A DNA stretch of 64,000 nucleotides from a virus: positions 1-64,000 of the IMG/VR virus record IMGVR_UViG_3300028835_002196. One strand, written 5' to 3'. The position numbers and the translations under genes were made by a program. Under the pieces are notes generated by a model. The model was not told the DNA's origin. It saw only the letters and a program-made list of their open reading frames with translations, and ran no database searches. This document shows positions 8,671-16,504 of the stretch, piece by piece (the stretch's first letter is position 1; the number at the start of each line of letters is the position of its first letter).

Positions 8671-9070
8671 AAAACTAAACTTTACTTTACTATACAACGC
8701 CAGACGGAACTACACGGTACTATGCGATACACCACTAAACTCAATATTTTATTTAATTCCTTCAATTCTAATTATAAAACTATACTTTACTATACGCTAC
8801 CTCACACCACAAGACCTCACAATACTCAACATCACCCTACTCGACGATACGTCACACCACCATACAGCACTCAACTCAATATTTTATTTAATTTCTTTAA
8901 TTCTAATTATAAAACTATACTTTACTTTACGCTACCTCACACCACAAGACTTCACGATACTCAACAACACTCTACTTGACAAAACTTTACATCACAAAAC
9001 GTAACTTTACAACACTACACCCTACCCTACAAAACCACACAACACCATGCTCAACAGCACGGTACATTAC
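8671..9070 (-). repeat. Three pentamer-periodic arrays (GY-NNN)n separated by two 35-nt linkers; putative guide RNAs
   Basis: Plus-strand NNNAC/NNNGC units: 8671-8740 (14), 8776-8875 (20), 8911-9070 (32); linkers 8741-8775 and 8876-8910 are 33/35 identical. Confidence 0.9.
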
Positions 9071-9642
9071 TTAAATTCTTTAATTTTTTCAGCAACAAAT
9101 CTTCCAAACATACCATTGCAAGTAGGCCTGAAACTTCCAATCCCACAATGCGTACCAGCATATTTCAACACATCTTCTATTGTTGGCTTTGTAATCGTAT
9201 CATTATCAATCCACAATTCAAAATCAACCTTTAAATTGAGCCACTTGGGCCTGATCACGATAACTCTTGCCCCGGCTTTACGATTCCAGACGCTTCGCTT
9301 ATCTATAATATCCCAGGGGGGAAGCCATATTTTTTCCGGTTTAACAAAGAACATAGCTGCAACAATATTTTTCATAGACTTACGGCTATTTCCAACCTTC
9401 GCCTTCAAGTATGCTCCTGCATTGATCATTGCTCCACGCAAATGTTCGGATGGTAAATAATGCTTTTTTTCCTTCATATCGTAGTAAGAATGAAACTCAG
9501 CCCTGACATTATCAGGTTGAGAAACCTCTGGTCGTTCAATGATCGCACCACGTCTTTTTTCCCATTCGTCAAGGGTTTCGTCATCCATGCGATGTTGCAT
9601 GTATGGCGTTGTGCCAATAATTTCTACTTTGTACTTCTTCAT
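9067..9642 (-). CDS. Stand-alone Cas7/RAMP-like protein (Vipr-like), 191 aa
   Basis: Start MKKYKVEIIGTTPYMQH at 9642; YLPSEHLRGAMINA helix motif; C-terminal G-rich loop GIGSFRPTCNGMFGRF typical of RAMPs; flanked by pentamer arrays. Confidence 0.75.
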   Translation of the reverse strand: MKKYKVEIIGTTPYMQHRMDDETLDEWEKRRGAIIERPEVSQPDNVRAEFHSYYDMKEKKHYLPSEHLRGAMINAGAYLKAKVGNSRKSMKNIVAAMFFVKPEKIWLPPWDIIDKRSVWNRKAGARVIVIRPKWLNLKVDFELWIDNDTITKPTIEDVLKYAGTHCGIGSFRPTCNGMFGRFVAEKIKEFK

Positions 9643-9657
9643 AATATTTGTATTAGT

Positions 9658-9787
9658 TAAACAAAACTTTACTTTACTAGACGACACATCACTGAACTGT
9701 ACTTCACAAAACAATACGCTACTGGACGCTACTTGACTAAACTGCACCCTACTCTACTATACCCCACATTACGCCACAGAACGAGAC
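9658..9787 (-). repeat. Fourth pentamer-periodic array (26 x GT-NNN), upstream of the RAMP-like gene
   Basis: taaac aaaac tttac tttac tagac gacac ... gccac agaac gagac; all 26 units end in AC on the plus strand. Confidence 0.9.
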
Positions 9788-9794
9788 TTTCTGG

Positions 9795-9992
9795 TTACCT
9801 GCTTCTTTGTATTTGTTCTCCATATATAATAGCTGATGCCATTATTATCTTACGTGTTAATCTAATATCCTCGGCTCCCGGTGAAATACATTTATCGTAT
9901 GTATGATTCATCCAATTCATAAGTCCCCTTTTCATAAATCTGCCACATAAAGGGCACCGAGCCATAGCAGGAAAAAAAATATCGTTCAACAT
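9795..9992 (-). CDS. Small zinc-finger-like protein
   Basis: CPLC...H...C. Confidence 0.45.
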   Translation of the reverse strand: MLNDIFFPAMARCPLCGRFMKRGLMNWMNHTYDKCISPGAEDIRLTRKIIMASAIIYGEQIQRSR

Positions 9993-10004
9993 TAGAGACT
10001 TTAA

Positions 10005-10472
10005 TTATTTATTCAATATTCTATCAATCTCCGCGACACAAAAAGCAGCAGCTGCGGCCAGGCGATCAATTTCTGTTTTGTCGAAACGGATATGATCACA
10101 GCCGGCTTGATTCCAATCTACAGGAAAACTAGCCAGCCTGGTTAAACAAGCTATAGCAGCCTGCTTAAGTTCTCCATTGCTATTATGCTTAACATCAAAA
10201 TAAACGGTTTTCCCGTGCTCTTCGATCATTTCTATTCTTTCCCGGACAACCATTTCAAGACCGGTATTTACTTTATTAGGACCAGGTCTTTTATTAAATC
10301 TTTGAATAAAGGGGATTTCCTGATAAACGTATTTTCTCATAGCAGAAAGCAGGGCCCGTCTCAGTTCGACAGAAAGTCCTAAATATTTAATATTTATTTT
10401 TTTCAATTCTGCTGTTATTATTTCTACTTTATCCATTGTTTTTACAATATCATTATTTTTCGTGTTCGGCAA
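10005..10472 (-). CDS. Conserved phage hypothetical protein
   Basis: ER..IE.HG....D..H.NGEL..AA...RL..AAA..VAEIDR pattern common in phages. Confidence 0.6.
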   Translation of the reverse strand: MPNTKNNDIVKTMDKVEIITAELKKINIKYLGLSVELRRALLSAMRKYVYQEIPFIQRFNKRPGPNKVNTGLEMVVRERIEMIEEHGKTVYFDVKHNSNGELKQAAIACLTRLASFPVDWNQAGCDHIRFDKTEIDRLAAAAAFCVAEIDRILNK

Positions 10473-10662
10473 AAAATTCAGTTAATCCATCAACAAACAA
10501 CTTAGCCCCGTGATCCCTGATATAGTTAACATCTTCATCCAGATTCTCACCTTTTACCCCGGCTATATAAAATTTAACCTCACCTACATCATTTTTAATA
10601 GCAACTATACCGATAGTCTGAATCCCGGTCATCCAGTACACGCCTAAAACTTCTGATGCCAT
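10453..10662 (-). CDS. Hypothetical protein
   Basis: ORF in operon. Confidence 0.55.
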   Translation of the reverse strand: MASEVLGVYWMTGIQTIGIVAIKNDVGEVKFYIAGVKGENLDEDVNYIRDHGAKLFVDGLTEFFAEHEK

Positions 10663-10678
10663 GATTAATCCTCCGCAA

Positions 10679-11050
10679 TTATTCGTTTACAATGCAAAAA
10701 ATCTCAGTTATCATTACTTCATTTTTTGCATTTTCCATTTGACTATCAGACGAACTTATTTTAAAAATTTTTCCATTCAGATCAACATGTAATTCTCCAT
10801 GCTCATCAACCACAATCCTTAAACTTTTCAATATGGTAGCTACTTTAGCCTCTATTTCATCCAGTTCCTTTAAAGCCTTATTCTTATTTTCTAATTTCGT
10901 ACTTCTGGCCTCAGCATAGACAAATACGTTCTGAAGTAAGTCTACTACATTTATTTCCTCGCTTTTATTCATAACTAATTTTGTAAATTCGTTAAAAATT
11001 ATTCTAAAAATATTCCTAACACCTAAAGCGATGGCTGCTTTGCCTGCCAT
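10679..11050 (-). CDS. Hypothetical protein
   Basis: ORF in operon; start uncertain. Confidence 0.5.
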   Translation of the reverse strand: MAGKAAIALGVRNIFRIIFNEFTKLVMNKSEEINVVDLLQNVFVYAEARSTKLENKNKALKELDEIEAKVATILKSLRIVVDEHGELHVDLNGKIFKISSSDSQMENAKNEVMITEIFCIVNE

Positions 11051-11277
11051 TCACCAAATTTTTTCCACTCGATCATATCACAAACGGCACGGAGCATACT
11101 TACTAATGCCCAGGATCTTATTCTCTCCAAACCTATATACTTTAACTGTTTTTTACTATACTTAATTATAACAGGATCAACCACTCCCATTCTCAATTCA
11201 AATTTTCCCGAAGAAGTATCCTCCACCGGATCAAACCCTGTTAATACAACAATCGCTGTTAACATTTGTTCATTCAT
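11023..11277 (-). CDS. Hypothetical protein
   Basis: ORF in operon. Confidence 0.5.
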   Translation of the reverse strand: MNEQMLTAIVVLTGFDPVEDTSSGKFELRMGVVDPVIIKYSKKQLKYIGLERIRSWALVSMLRAVCDMIEWKKFGEWQAKQPSL

Positions 11278-11294
11278 AACATCAAAAGCGTTAG

Positions 11295-11597
11295 TTAATC
11301 ATCAATTTTGACCGTTACTGTCATGCAGTCTGGTTGTACCCATGCAAAATACCGCCCTGTGGGCAGGGGCAGGAAATCAGCCGTGCTGTATTCCCCGCTT
11401 TTTCCTCGTAAATCATGCTTGTGTTCATTAAGCATGAAGCCCATGATCCTGTTATCACCAATTATAAAATGCGTGTATTTACCAACATCGTTATCCGCAG
11501 CTATCTTTTCACGTTCTTCTGCCGTTGATGCCTGCGGGCAGTCAAATTCACCCAGGAACTTGTCAAAATAGTAAAATTTTATAGTTTCCTCTTTCAT
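11295..11597 (-). CDS. Hypothetical protein
   Basis: Likely start MKEETIKF. Confidence 0.5.
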   Translation of the reverse strand: MKEETIKFYYFDKFLGEFDCPQASTAEEREKIAADNDVGKYTHFIIGDNRIMGFMLNEHKHDLRGKSGEYSTADFLPLPTGRYFAWVQPDCMTVTVKIDD

Positions 11598-11602
11598 AAC
11601 CG

Positions 11603-11809
11603 TTATATTATTCCGTGGTATGTTCGATCTACCCATTCTATGTCAGCCCAATTCTCAAGTAAAAACGGACCAATAGTATAATATCCTATGAACTTCTGCT
11701 TGATTTTTACATGCTCAAACCATCTTATCTCGTTTCCTATTACCTTTTTAAACCATAAGAATTTGTTAATAATTCTGGTCTCACTGTACATTCTGGCTTT
11801 TTTTCTCAT
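11603..11809 (-). CDS. Hypothetical protein
   Basis: ORF in operon. Confidence 0.5.
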   Translation of the reverse strand: MRKKARMYSETRIINKFLWFKKVIGNEIRWFEHVKIKQKFIGYYTIGPFLLENWADIEWVDRTYHGII

Positions 11810-11811
11810 AA

Positions 11812-12042
11812 CTAACTGTTTCTGTTGAATATCATAACCGTTTCTAACCTGAAAACCTGGAATTCATCGCAATCATAATTCTTTAACCCTTTCTCCTCAA
11901 ACAAGTACCGTAACCTATTGTAGGAGATTCCAGTCTTCTTCGAAAATGTACGCATATCTGTCGCACCCAATTCAAAATCACCGACCTTATCCCTGTAAAT
12001 ATACAGGTACCGGGAATACAATCTTATTATAGCCTCTCCCAT
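11812..12042 (-). CDS. Small HTH-like protein, first gene of the leftward operon
   Basis: MRTFSKKTGISYNRLRYLF HTH-like segment; promoter upstream. Confidence 0.5.
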   Translation of the reverse strand: MGEAIIRLYSRYLYIYRDKVGDFELGATDMRTFSKKTGISYNRLRYLFEEKGLKNYDCDEFQVFRLETVMIFNRNS

Positions 12043-12065
12043 GATTGTGTACTTCCTTACCGCAA

Positions 12066-12238
12066 CTGTTCCGCAGTATAATTAACCATACAAAGATAAA
12101 ACACTTTTTTTACATAAACAAGCATTCCGCAGAATAGTTGAGGCTGACCCCTTCTGTCCCGCAGTACAGTTGATGTGTGTAAAAGTATGTTATTATTCCC
12201 TAAATATACCCCCTTCTGTTCCGCAGTACAGTTGATGT
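12066..12238. repeat. Four imperfect direct repeats with a (T/C)CCGCAG core
   Basis: CCCTTCTGT(C/T)CCGCAGTACAGTTGATGT at ~12149 and ~12211; partial copies at 12066 and 12125. Confidence 0.8.
12091..12122 (-). promoter_or_regulatory. Bacteroidota primary-sigma promoter
   Basis: Minus strand CTTG-N20-TATCTTTG. Confidence 0.6.
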
Positions 12239-12505
12239 AAACAAATACCCGTGAAATGTACCCCAGGGTAAGTGTATGGGTATGGGTATTCCATGATTAT
12301 TATCCGGCTGGTGATTTCAAAAGAAAATCGGAATTTCCGCACCCGCCCCCCCATGTCCGTGGATGTTCGCACATTTATATGATCAGATCAAAAGCTGTTT
12401 TTTGCTCGGGAATATGAAAAGCAATTGAATTAACACCATTTTGATTCACACCGGTGGGGTAGGGGAGAGGTGAAAACCTGCCTATTCATGCCGTTTACAA
12501 AGTCT

Positions 12506-12533
12506 ATTGAACATAATAATAGTTATGTGACAT
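12506..12533. other. dif-like XerC/XerD recombination site
   Basis: ATTGAACATAA-TAATAG-TTATGTGACAT: 11-6-11 layout; right arm 9/11 to the XerD arm TTATGTTAAAT, left arm 10/11 to its reverse complement. Confidence 0.7.
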
Positions 12534-12694
12534 TTTATATTGCCCTGTAATTCAACGCCCGATCTGCCCCTGCCTCTCCTCCTGTGCCACGTTTCGCACG
12601 CCTGCCTCTTGCTTTATTGTGGCACGGAATGTATTCTAACCCATCAAATTAATGCTACCTTTACAATCACTATCCAATTCAATCTACACCGTTT

Positions 12695-13198
12695 ATGGGA
12701 CGCAAAGGAATGCCACTACAATTGAAGACGACAAAATTCGAAGACCAGCTCGAGAACGTCAGCCCATTTCAACGCGAACTAATCCGTAAACAGATCATTG
12801 CTTATAAGAAGAAGATGTATAAGATCATTGAAGAGGGGTTTTTCTATGGTGTTGGTGGTATAATGCACTTCTGGTTGTGGCACGCTGTACTGTCTTCTAA
12901 ACATATTCCTATCACTTATTTTGTATTGTTATCAAGAGCGAGATGGTTGAAAGAACAACAGGATCAAGATATGTTCAAACTTTCAGATTTATCCCCCTGT
13001 AGTATTTCAAGTCGTCAAATTGCTTTACTTATTACTTCAGGCATCAAGCGAGGACACATAAAACGGCATCCTTCTGTTTATGGCAAATACATCATAACTC
13101 CCAAAGGAAATGAATACCTAACCAGATTAACTAAAGAAATGTACAAGGTTGTAGTCGATTTATATGATCCTGGTATTAAAAAAGACCTGAAGGTTTAA
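12695..13198 (+). CDS. Putative winged-helix DNA-binding protein
   Basis: C-terminal ...KRGHIKR...GKYIITPKGNEYL MarR-like wing. Confidence 0.55.
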   Translation: MGRKGMPLQLKTTKFEDQLENVSPFQRELIRKQIIAYKKKMYKIIEEGFFYGVGGIMHFWLWHAVLSSKHIPITYFVLLSRARWLKEQQDQDMFKLSDLSPCSISSRQIALLITSGIKRGHIKRHPSVYGKYIITPKGNEYLTRLTKEMYKVVVDLYDPGIKKDLKV

Positions 13199-13215
13199 AG
13201 TCATCAGGTCTTTCT
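13178..13215. terminator. Hairpin between convergent genes
   Basis: AAAGACCTGA...TCAGGTCTTT. Confidence 0.55.
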
Positions 13216-13244
13216 CTGGTGTTGGTGTATAATGTTGTGTAAGG

Positions 13245-14099
13245 TTAGTCATCATCAACCTTAACCTCTATAAGATCATGCTCCCATTCACTCTCTGTAA
13301 TAATGTAACCAAACCTGTTTACCAAATGTAAACCCGATACGATCCAAAACACACCATCTGTTTCTATAATCGTCCAAATCCTCCGTGGCTTTTTCTTGCC
13401 CATTTCCCGTACATATGCTAATTCTCTATCATACGTTTCAAAAAACCAACCATCCCAACTGGCATTACTATTCAAATGATTTTTTACGGGTTTGTACTTC
13501 TCTATGAACTCATCATAGCTAATTATTTCAGGTGTTAATCCTTTCTCTTTGTTATACCAGTTTATAAATTTAAGAGCCAATAAATACGTTGAGTTCATCC
13601 AATCCGTTTGCTTAATTGATACACTTACTACAACTTTTCCTGTAAATGCGTCTAATACTTCGGCGGCTGATCCCATCAACTTCACACAGTAATAGTATTT
13701 CTCAATATTATTTGATAAACACCTTGTAGTATCTATTTTTACTATCACAGACATAATCCAATCGTATGATGTACTAAATTTCAAGTCCTTCGTTCCGTTT
13801 CCCATCCATCCGGGAGAAAAAGGCAATCCCGCCTTTTTAAGTTCTTGCCCATCATACCAGCCTTTTTTATCAGGGATAACGCCCATAAACTTACCTATAA
13901 TTTTAGACGCATCTAAAGGCAGTTTATCAAATCTGATCATAAATAGCTGGGCTTCCTCTCTCTGTCTGGTGTTCATTACCTTGTACCCGCTTTTTTTGTC
14001 CTTATGAATTAAATCATCAAGGCTTTGGGGATCGAAACCATTTTCGTGCATCCATTCTCTGATGTCACGGTGAAGTATTTCTTCTGGTGTTGCTGTCAT
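13245..14099 (-). CDS. Hypothetical protein
   Basis: 284-aa ORF with FSTSYDWIMSVIVKI motif seen in Bacteroidota phage proteins. Confidence 0.65.
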   Translation of the reverse strand: MTATPEEILHRDIREWMHENGFDPQSLDDLIHKDKKSGYKVMNTRQREEAQLFMIRFDKLPLDASKIIGKFMGVIPDKKGWYDGQELKKAGLPFSPGWMGNGTKDLKFSTSYDWIMSVIVKIDTTRCLSNNIEKYYYCVKLMGSAAEVLDAFTGKVVVSVSIKQTDWMNSTYLLALKFINWYNKEKGLTPEIISYDEFIEKYKPVKNHLNSNASWDGWFFETYDRELAYVREMGKKKPRRIWTIIETDGVFWIVSGLHLVNRFGYIITESEWEHDLIEVKVDDD

Positions 14100-14125
14100 A
14101 ATGTGTGTCCTTTCTTTTTATGGTG

Positions 14126-14365
14126 TTAATGAATAACAGGAATTACTTGTAACTCTGTAAATGATGCGAACAATGATCCTGCGTCATTCCCTTCATCATC
14201 CCTCGATGGATAGATAAACGATCCATCTGTAAAGAAGATCACTAAAGGCTTACGAAACCAACCGTGATTTTCTTGCTCTTTATCCGTCATGTAACGAACT
14301 TCTTTAATAGTCTTACCTACTAAATGTTTCGAGCAAATTTGTTCCCATTCTTTTTGTGTTCCCAT
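14126..14365 (-). CDS. Hypothetical protein
   Basis: LVGKTIKEVRYMT...PSRDDEGNDAGSLF recurrent phage motif. Confidence 0.6.
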   Translation of the reverse strand: MGTQKEWEQICSKHLVGKTIKEVRYMTDKEQENHGWFRKPLVIFFTDGSFIYPSRDDEGNDAGSLFASFTELQVIPVIH

Positions 14366-14394
14366 TTTGTTTGTTTTTTTGGTGTTAATATATA

Positions 14395-15069
14395 TTATAT
14401 CGAATTTCTTCCCATTTGCCCATCGTCAGCAAAACTATGGTAATGATCACAAGTAATAATAACATGATCTAACACTTGTACATCCATCCACTTACACGCC
14501 TTCTCTATTTTTATTGTTATTATTTGATCTAATTCACTTGGCATAATGTTTCCTGATGGATGATTGTGACATAATATTATAGAACTGGCTAACCTGTCGA
14601 TTGCAGCTTTACATATTAACTTTACATCTATTACTGTACCGTTAACGCCTCCCTGACTTATTTTAACTTTGTCCGTTATTGCATTTCTCCTATCTAAATA
14701 CAACGCCCAAAACTCCTCATACTTCAAATGCCCCAGCAATGGTAACATCGTATCATATACATCCCTTGAACTACTAATTTTAGGCAATTTATTAGCTTCC
14801 TGTATCCTTGAACGCCTTGCCATTTCCTGACTTACTAAAAGCCTGAAACTCTGTTGTTTTGTTAAGCCTTTATTTTGCAGATCATAGGTAGATTGCCTCT
14901 CTAATACTTTGTAATTGTTGTTACAATCATTAAGTATCGTTCGGGCTTGCTGTAACGTATACTCTTCGGGCTTATTGTTAGCAATCAATATACTTATTAA
15001 TTCCGCATCTGATAACGCCATTAAACCCTTTTGAAATAATTTGTCTGTCAATGTTTCCGTGTCTTTCAT
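14395..15069 (-). CDS. radC: RadC family JAB/MPN domain protein
   Basis: ALSDAELISILI N-terminus; EEFWALYLDRRN; HNHPSG...PSELD; VLDHVII. Confidence 0.9.
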   Translation of the reverse strand: MKDTETLTDKLFQKGLMALSDAELISILIANNKPEEYTLQQARTILNDCNNNYKVLERQSTYDLQNKGLTKQQSFRLLVSQEMARRSRIQEANKLPKISSSRDVYDTMLPLLGHLKYEEFWALYLDRRNAITDKVKISQGGVNGTVIDVKLICKAAIDRLASSIILCHNHPSGNIMPSELDQIITIKIEKACKWMDVQVLDHVIITCDHYHSFADDGQMGRNSI

Positions 15070-15095
15070 GGTGTTTGGAGTGTTTGATAACTCTA

Positions 15096-15380
15096 CTATT
15101 TGTTTGAATGATACTTGATAATATAACCTATCAAAAATTTCTGATAATGCTTAGTCATTTCCTGTACCCAATTAACTATAACGGAAACAGTCAAATAATC
15201 AGCTTTCTCGACTGCCTGAACCATTTTTAATTTACTCATAAAGTGTTGGGTTATGTGATCATCCCAAGGGGTATTTTTCGCAAGGTGGTTAATGTCAATG
15301 TTGTATAAAAAATGCTGATACGCATTAAATACACTAAATTCATTGTCACCAACTGTTTGTGTGTCTGTCTTTTGTGCCAT
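15096..15380 (-). CDS. Hypothetical protein
   Basis: First ORF after the leftward promoter. Confidence 0.55.
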   Translation of the reverse strand: MAQKTDTQTVGDNEFSVFNAYQHFLYNIDINHLAKNTPWDDHITQHFMSKLKMVQAVEKADYLTVSVIVNWVQEMTKHYQKFLIGYIIKYHSNK

Positions 15381-15412
15381 AATTGTGTGTTTTTAATTGG
15401 TTAATGTCAGAT

Positions 15413-15444
15413 CAAATGTATTATATATATTAATATAAAACAAA
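15413..15444 (-). promoter_or_regulatory. Bacteroidota primary-sigma promoter in a divergent control region
   Basis: Minus strand TTTG-N20-TACATTTG; a near-consensus rightward TTTG...TAATATTG lies at ~15471-15503. Confidence 0.7.
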
Positions 15445-15530
15445 TATTTTGTAACTTTTTTTACAAAAGATTTGTTTTTATCATTTATTTGATTTAATAT
15501 TGTACTGTCTAATATTAATAAATACATATT

Positions 15531-15626
15531 ATGGAAACACAAACGACACGCATTCAATTATTTATAATGAAAGTAATCACCGTTGCTTTGATTATAGCGG
15601 GAACATTTCTCTCCTGTGTGCTTTAA
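15531..15626 (+). CDS. 31-aa hydrophobic peptide
   Basis: METQTTRIQLFIMKVITVALIIAGTFLSCVL; between a candidate promoter and a terminator. Confidence 0.5.
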   Translation: METQTTRIQLFIMKVITVALIIAGTFLSCVL

Positions 15627-15636
15627 TTGGTGTTAG

Positions 15637-15670
15637 AAGGGGTTGGGGCATCCGTCCCAATCCCTTTTTT
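15637..15670 (+). terminator. Intrinsic terminator
   Basis: AAGGGGTTGGG...CCCAATCCCTTTTTT. Confidence 0.7.
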
Positions 15671-15705
15671 ATTTAACTTTACCATAGCAAAAAAACCAGA
15701 TCACC

Positions 15706-15939
15706 ATGGCAAAAGAAAAGCCAGATCACATGAAACAGTATTTTAATCAGAAAAGGGAAGAGATAAGAAATGCCAAATCTATTTCCGAACTACTTAATTT
15801 AGCAACTCTCAAAGGAAATTCACCTAATTATTTCACTATAAAACAGTATTTTGAAAACGAACTCAATAATGATCTGGAAAAATGCAGAGAACATGCTACA
15901 AATATTGTTAGCGGTCTGCAATATAAAATGTATAACTAA
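15706..15939 (+). CDS. Hypothetical protein
   Basis: ORF in rightward operon. Confidence 0.55.
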   Translation: MAKEKPDHMKQYFNQKREEIRNAKSISELLNLATLKGNSPNYFTIKQYFENELNNDLEKCREHATNIVSGLQYKMYN

Positions 15940-15952
15940 AACCCTTGAAATC

Positions 15953-16186
15953 ATGACTGAAAAGCAAATAAAAGAAAAAGTACAGGAAATGTATAATAGT
16001 ATTGATATACAATGGTATGTTGATAAAGTTCTCCAATCTGGATGCGTTAATATTGATAGTTGGGAAGATAATGATCGTCTACCTAAAATAATATTAGCAA
16101 CAGCACTAAAGCAAATGGCATTTCAATATGAACCAATGGACGCAACTGATAAAAATACGGTCTCAAACATTATATTACTTCTCTAA
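15953..16186 (+). CDS. Hypothetical protein
   Basis: Likely start MTEKQIKE. Confidence 0.55.
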   Translation: MTEKQIKEKVQEMYNSIDIQWYVDKVLQSGCVNIDSWEDNDRLPKIILATALKQMAFQYEPMDATDKNTVSNIILLL

Positions 16187-16209
16187 ATATTCACCAAACC
16201 AAACATTTT

Positions 16210-16494
16210 ATGACAAAGACAATTCACATCTTCAAGTATTCACCGGTATCCATTGTGGTATTAGGTGATACGAAACCCATCAAAGACAGGCTGAAAGCCA
16301 TTGGTGGAGTGTACAATCCACGTCTAACCCATCCCCGGACTAAAGAAAGAGTGCCGGGCTGGGTGTTTAGCTCGAAAAGAGAGCAATTAATTATAGGTGT
16401 CTGTCAAGACGCTATAAAGGATAAGGTCATTAATAAGGTCGAATCCCATATGCCTGAGAATATCAGCGAAAAGAATTTAATAGCAACCGTATAA
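16210..16494 (+). CDS. Small nucleic-acid-binding-like protein
   Basis: YS..SIVVLGDTKPIKDRLKAIGG.YNPRL....GWVFS motif, seen in mobile-element and polyvalent proteins. Confidence 0.55.
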   Translation: MTKTIHIFKYSPVSIVVLGDTKPIKDRLKAIGGVYNPRLTHPRTKERVPGWVFSSKREQLIIGVCQDAIKDKVINKVESHMPENISEKNLIATV

Positions 16495-16504
16495 ATTAAA
16501 AATC

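Noticed and set aside
8564-9004. Plus-strand ORFs 8564-9004 and 8722-8979
   Set aside because: They are translations of the pentamer arrays (T/L/H/Y-rich, antisense to the operon); a 5-nt period does not fit codon structure
8671-9070. Canonical CRISPR array with the 35-nt linkers as repeats
   Set aside because: Only two linker copies; the intervening tracts are 70-160 nt, internally periodic and partly duplicated; no adaptation genes
9643-9747. N-terminal extension MQFSQVASSS... of the RAMP-like ORF
   Set aside because: It runs through the upstream pentamer array; ATG at 9642 after an AT-rich leader is the more plausible start
8671-9787. Simple microsatellite or low-complexity DNA
   Set aside because: Only two of five positions are fixed and the other three are highly diverse, which slippage would not produce
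8671-9787. A self-target for the decoded arrays within this window
   Set aside because: None spotted by eye, including in the 12066-12238 repeats; an exhaustive gapped search could not be run, so this remains open
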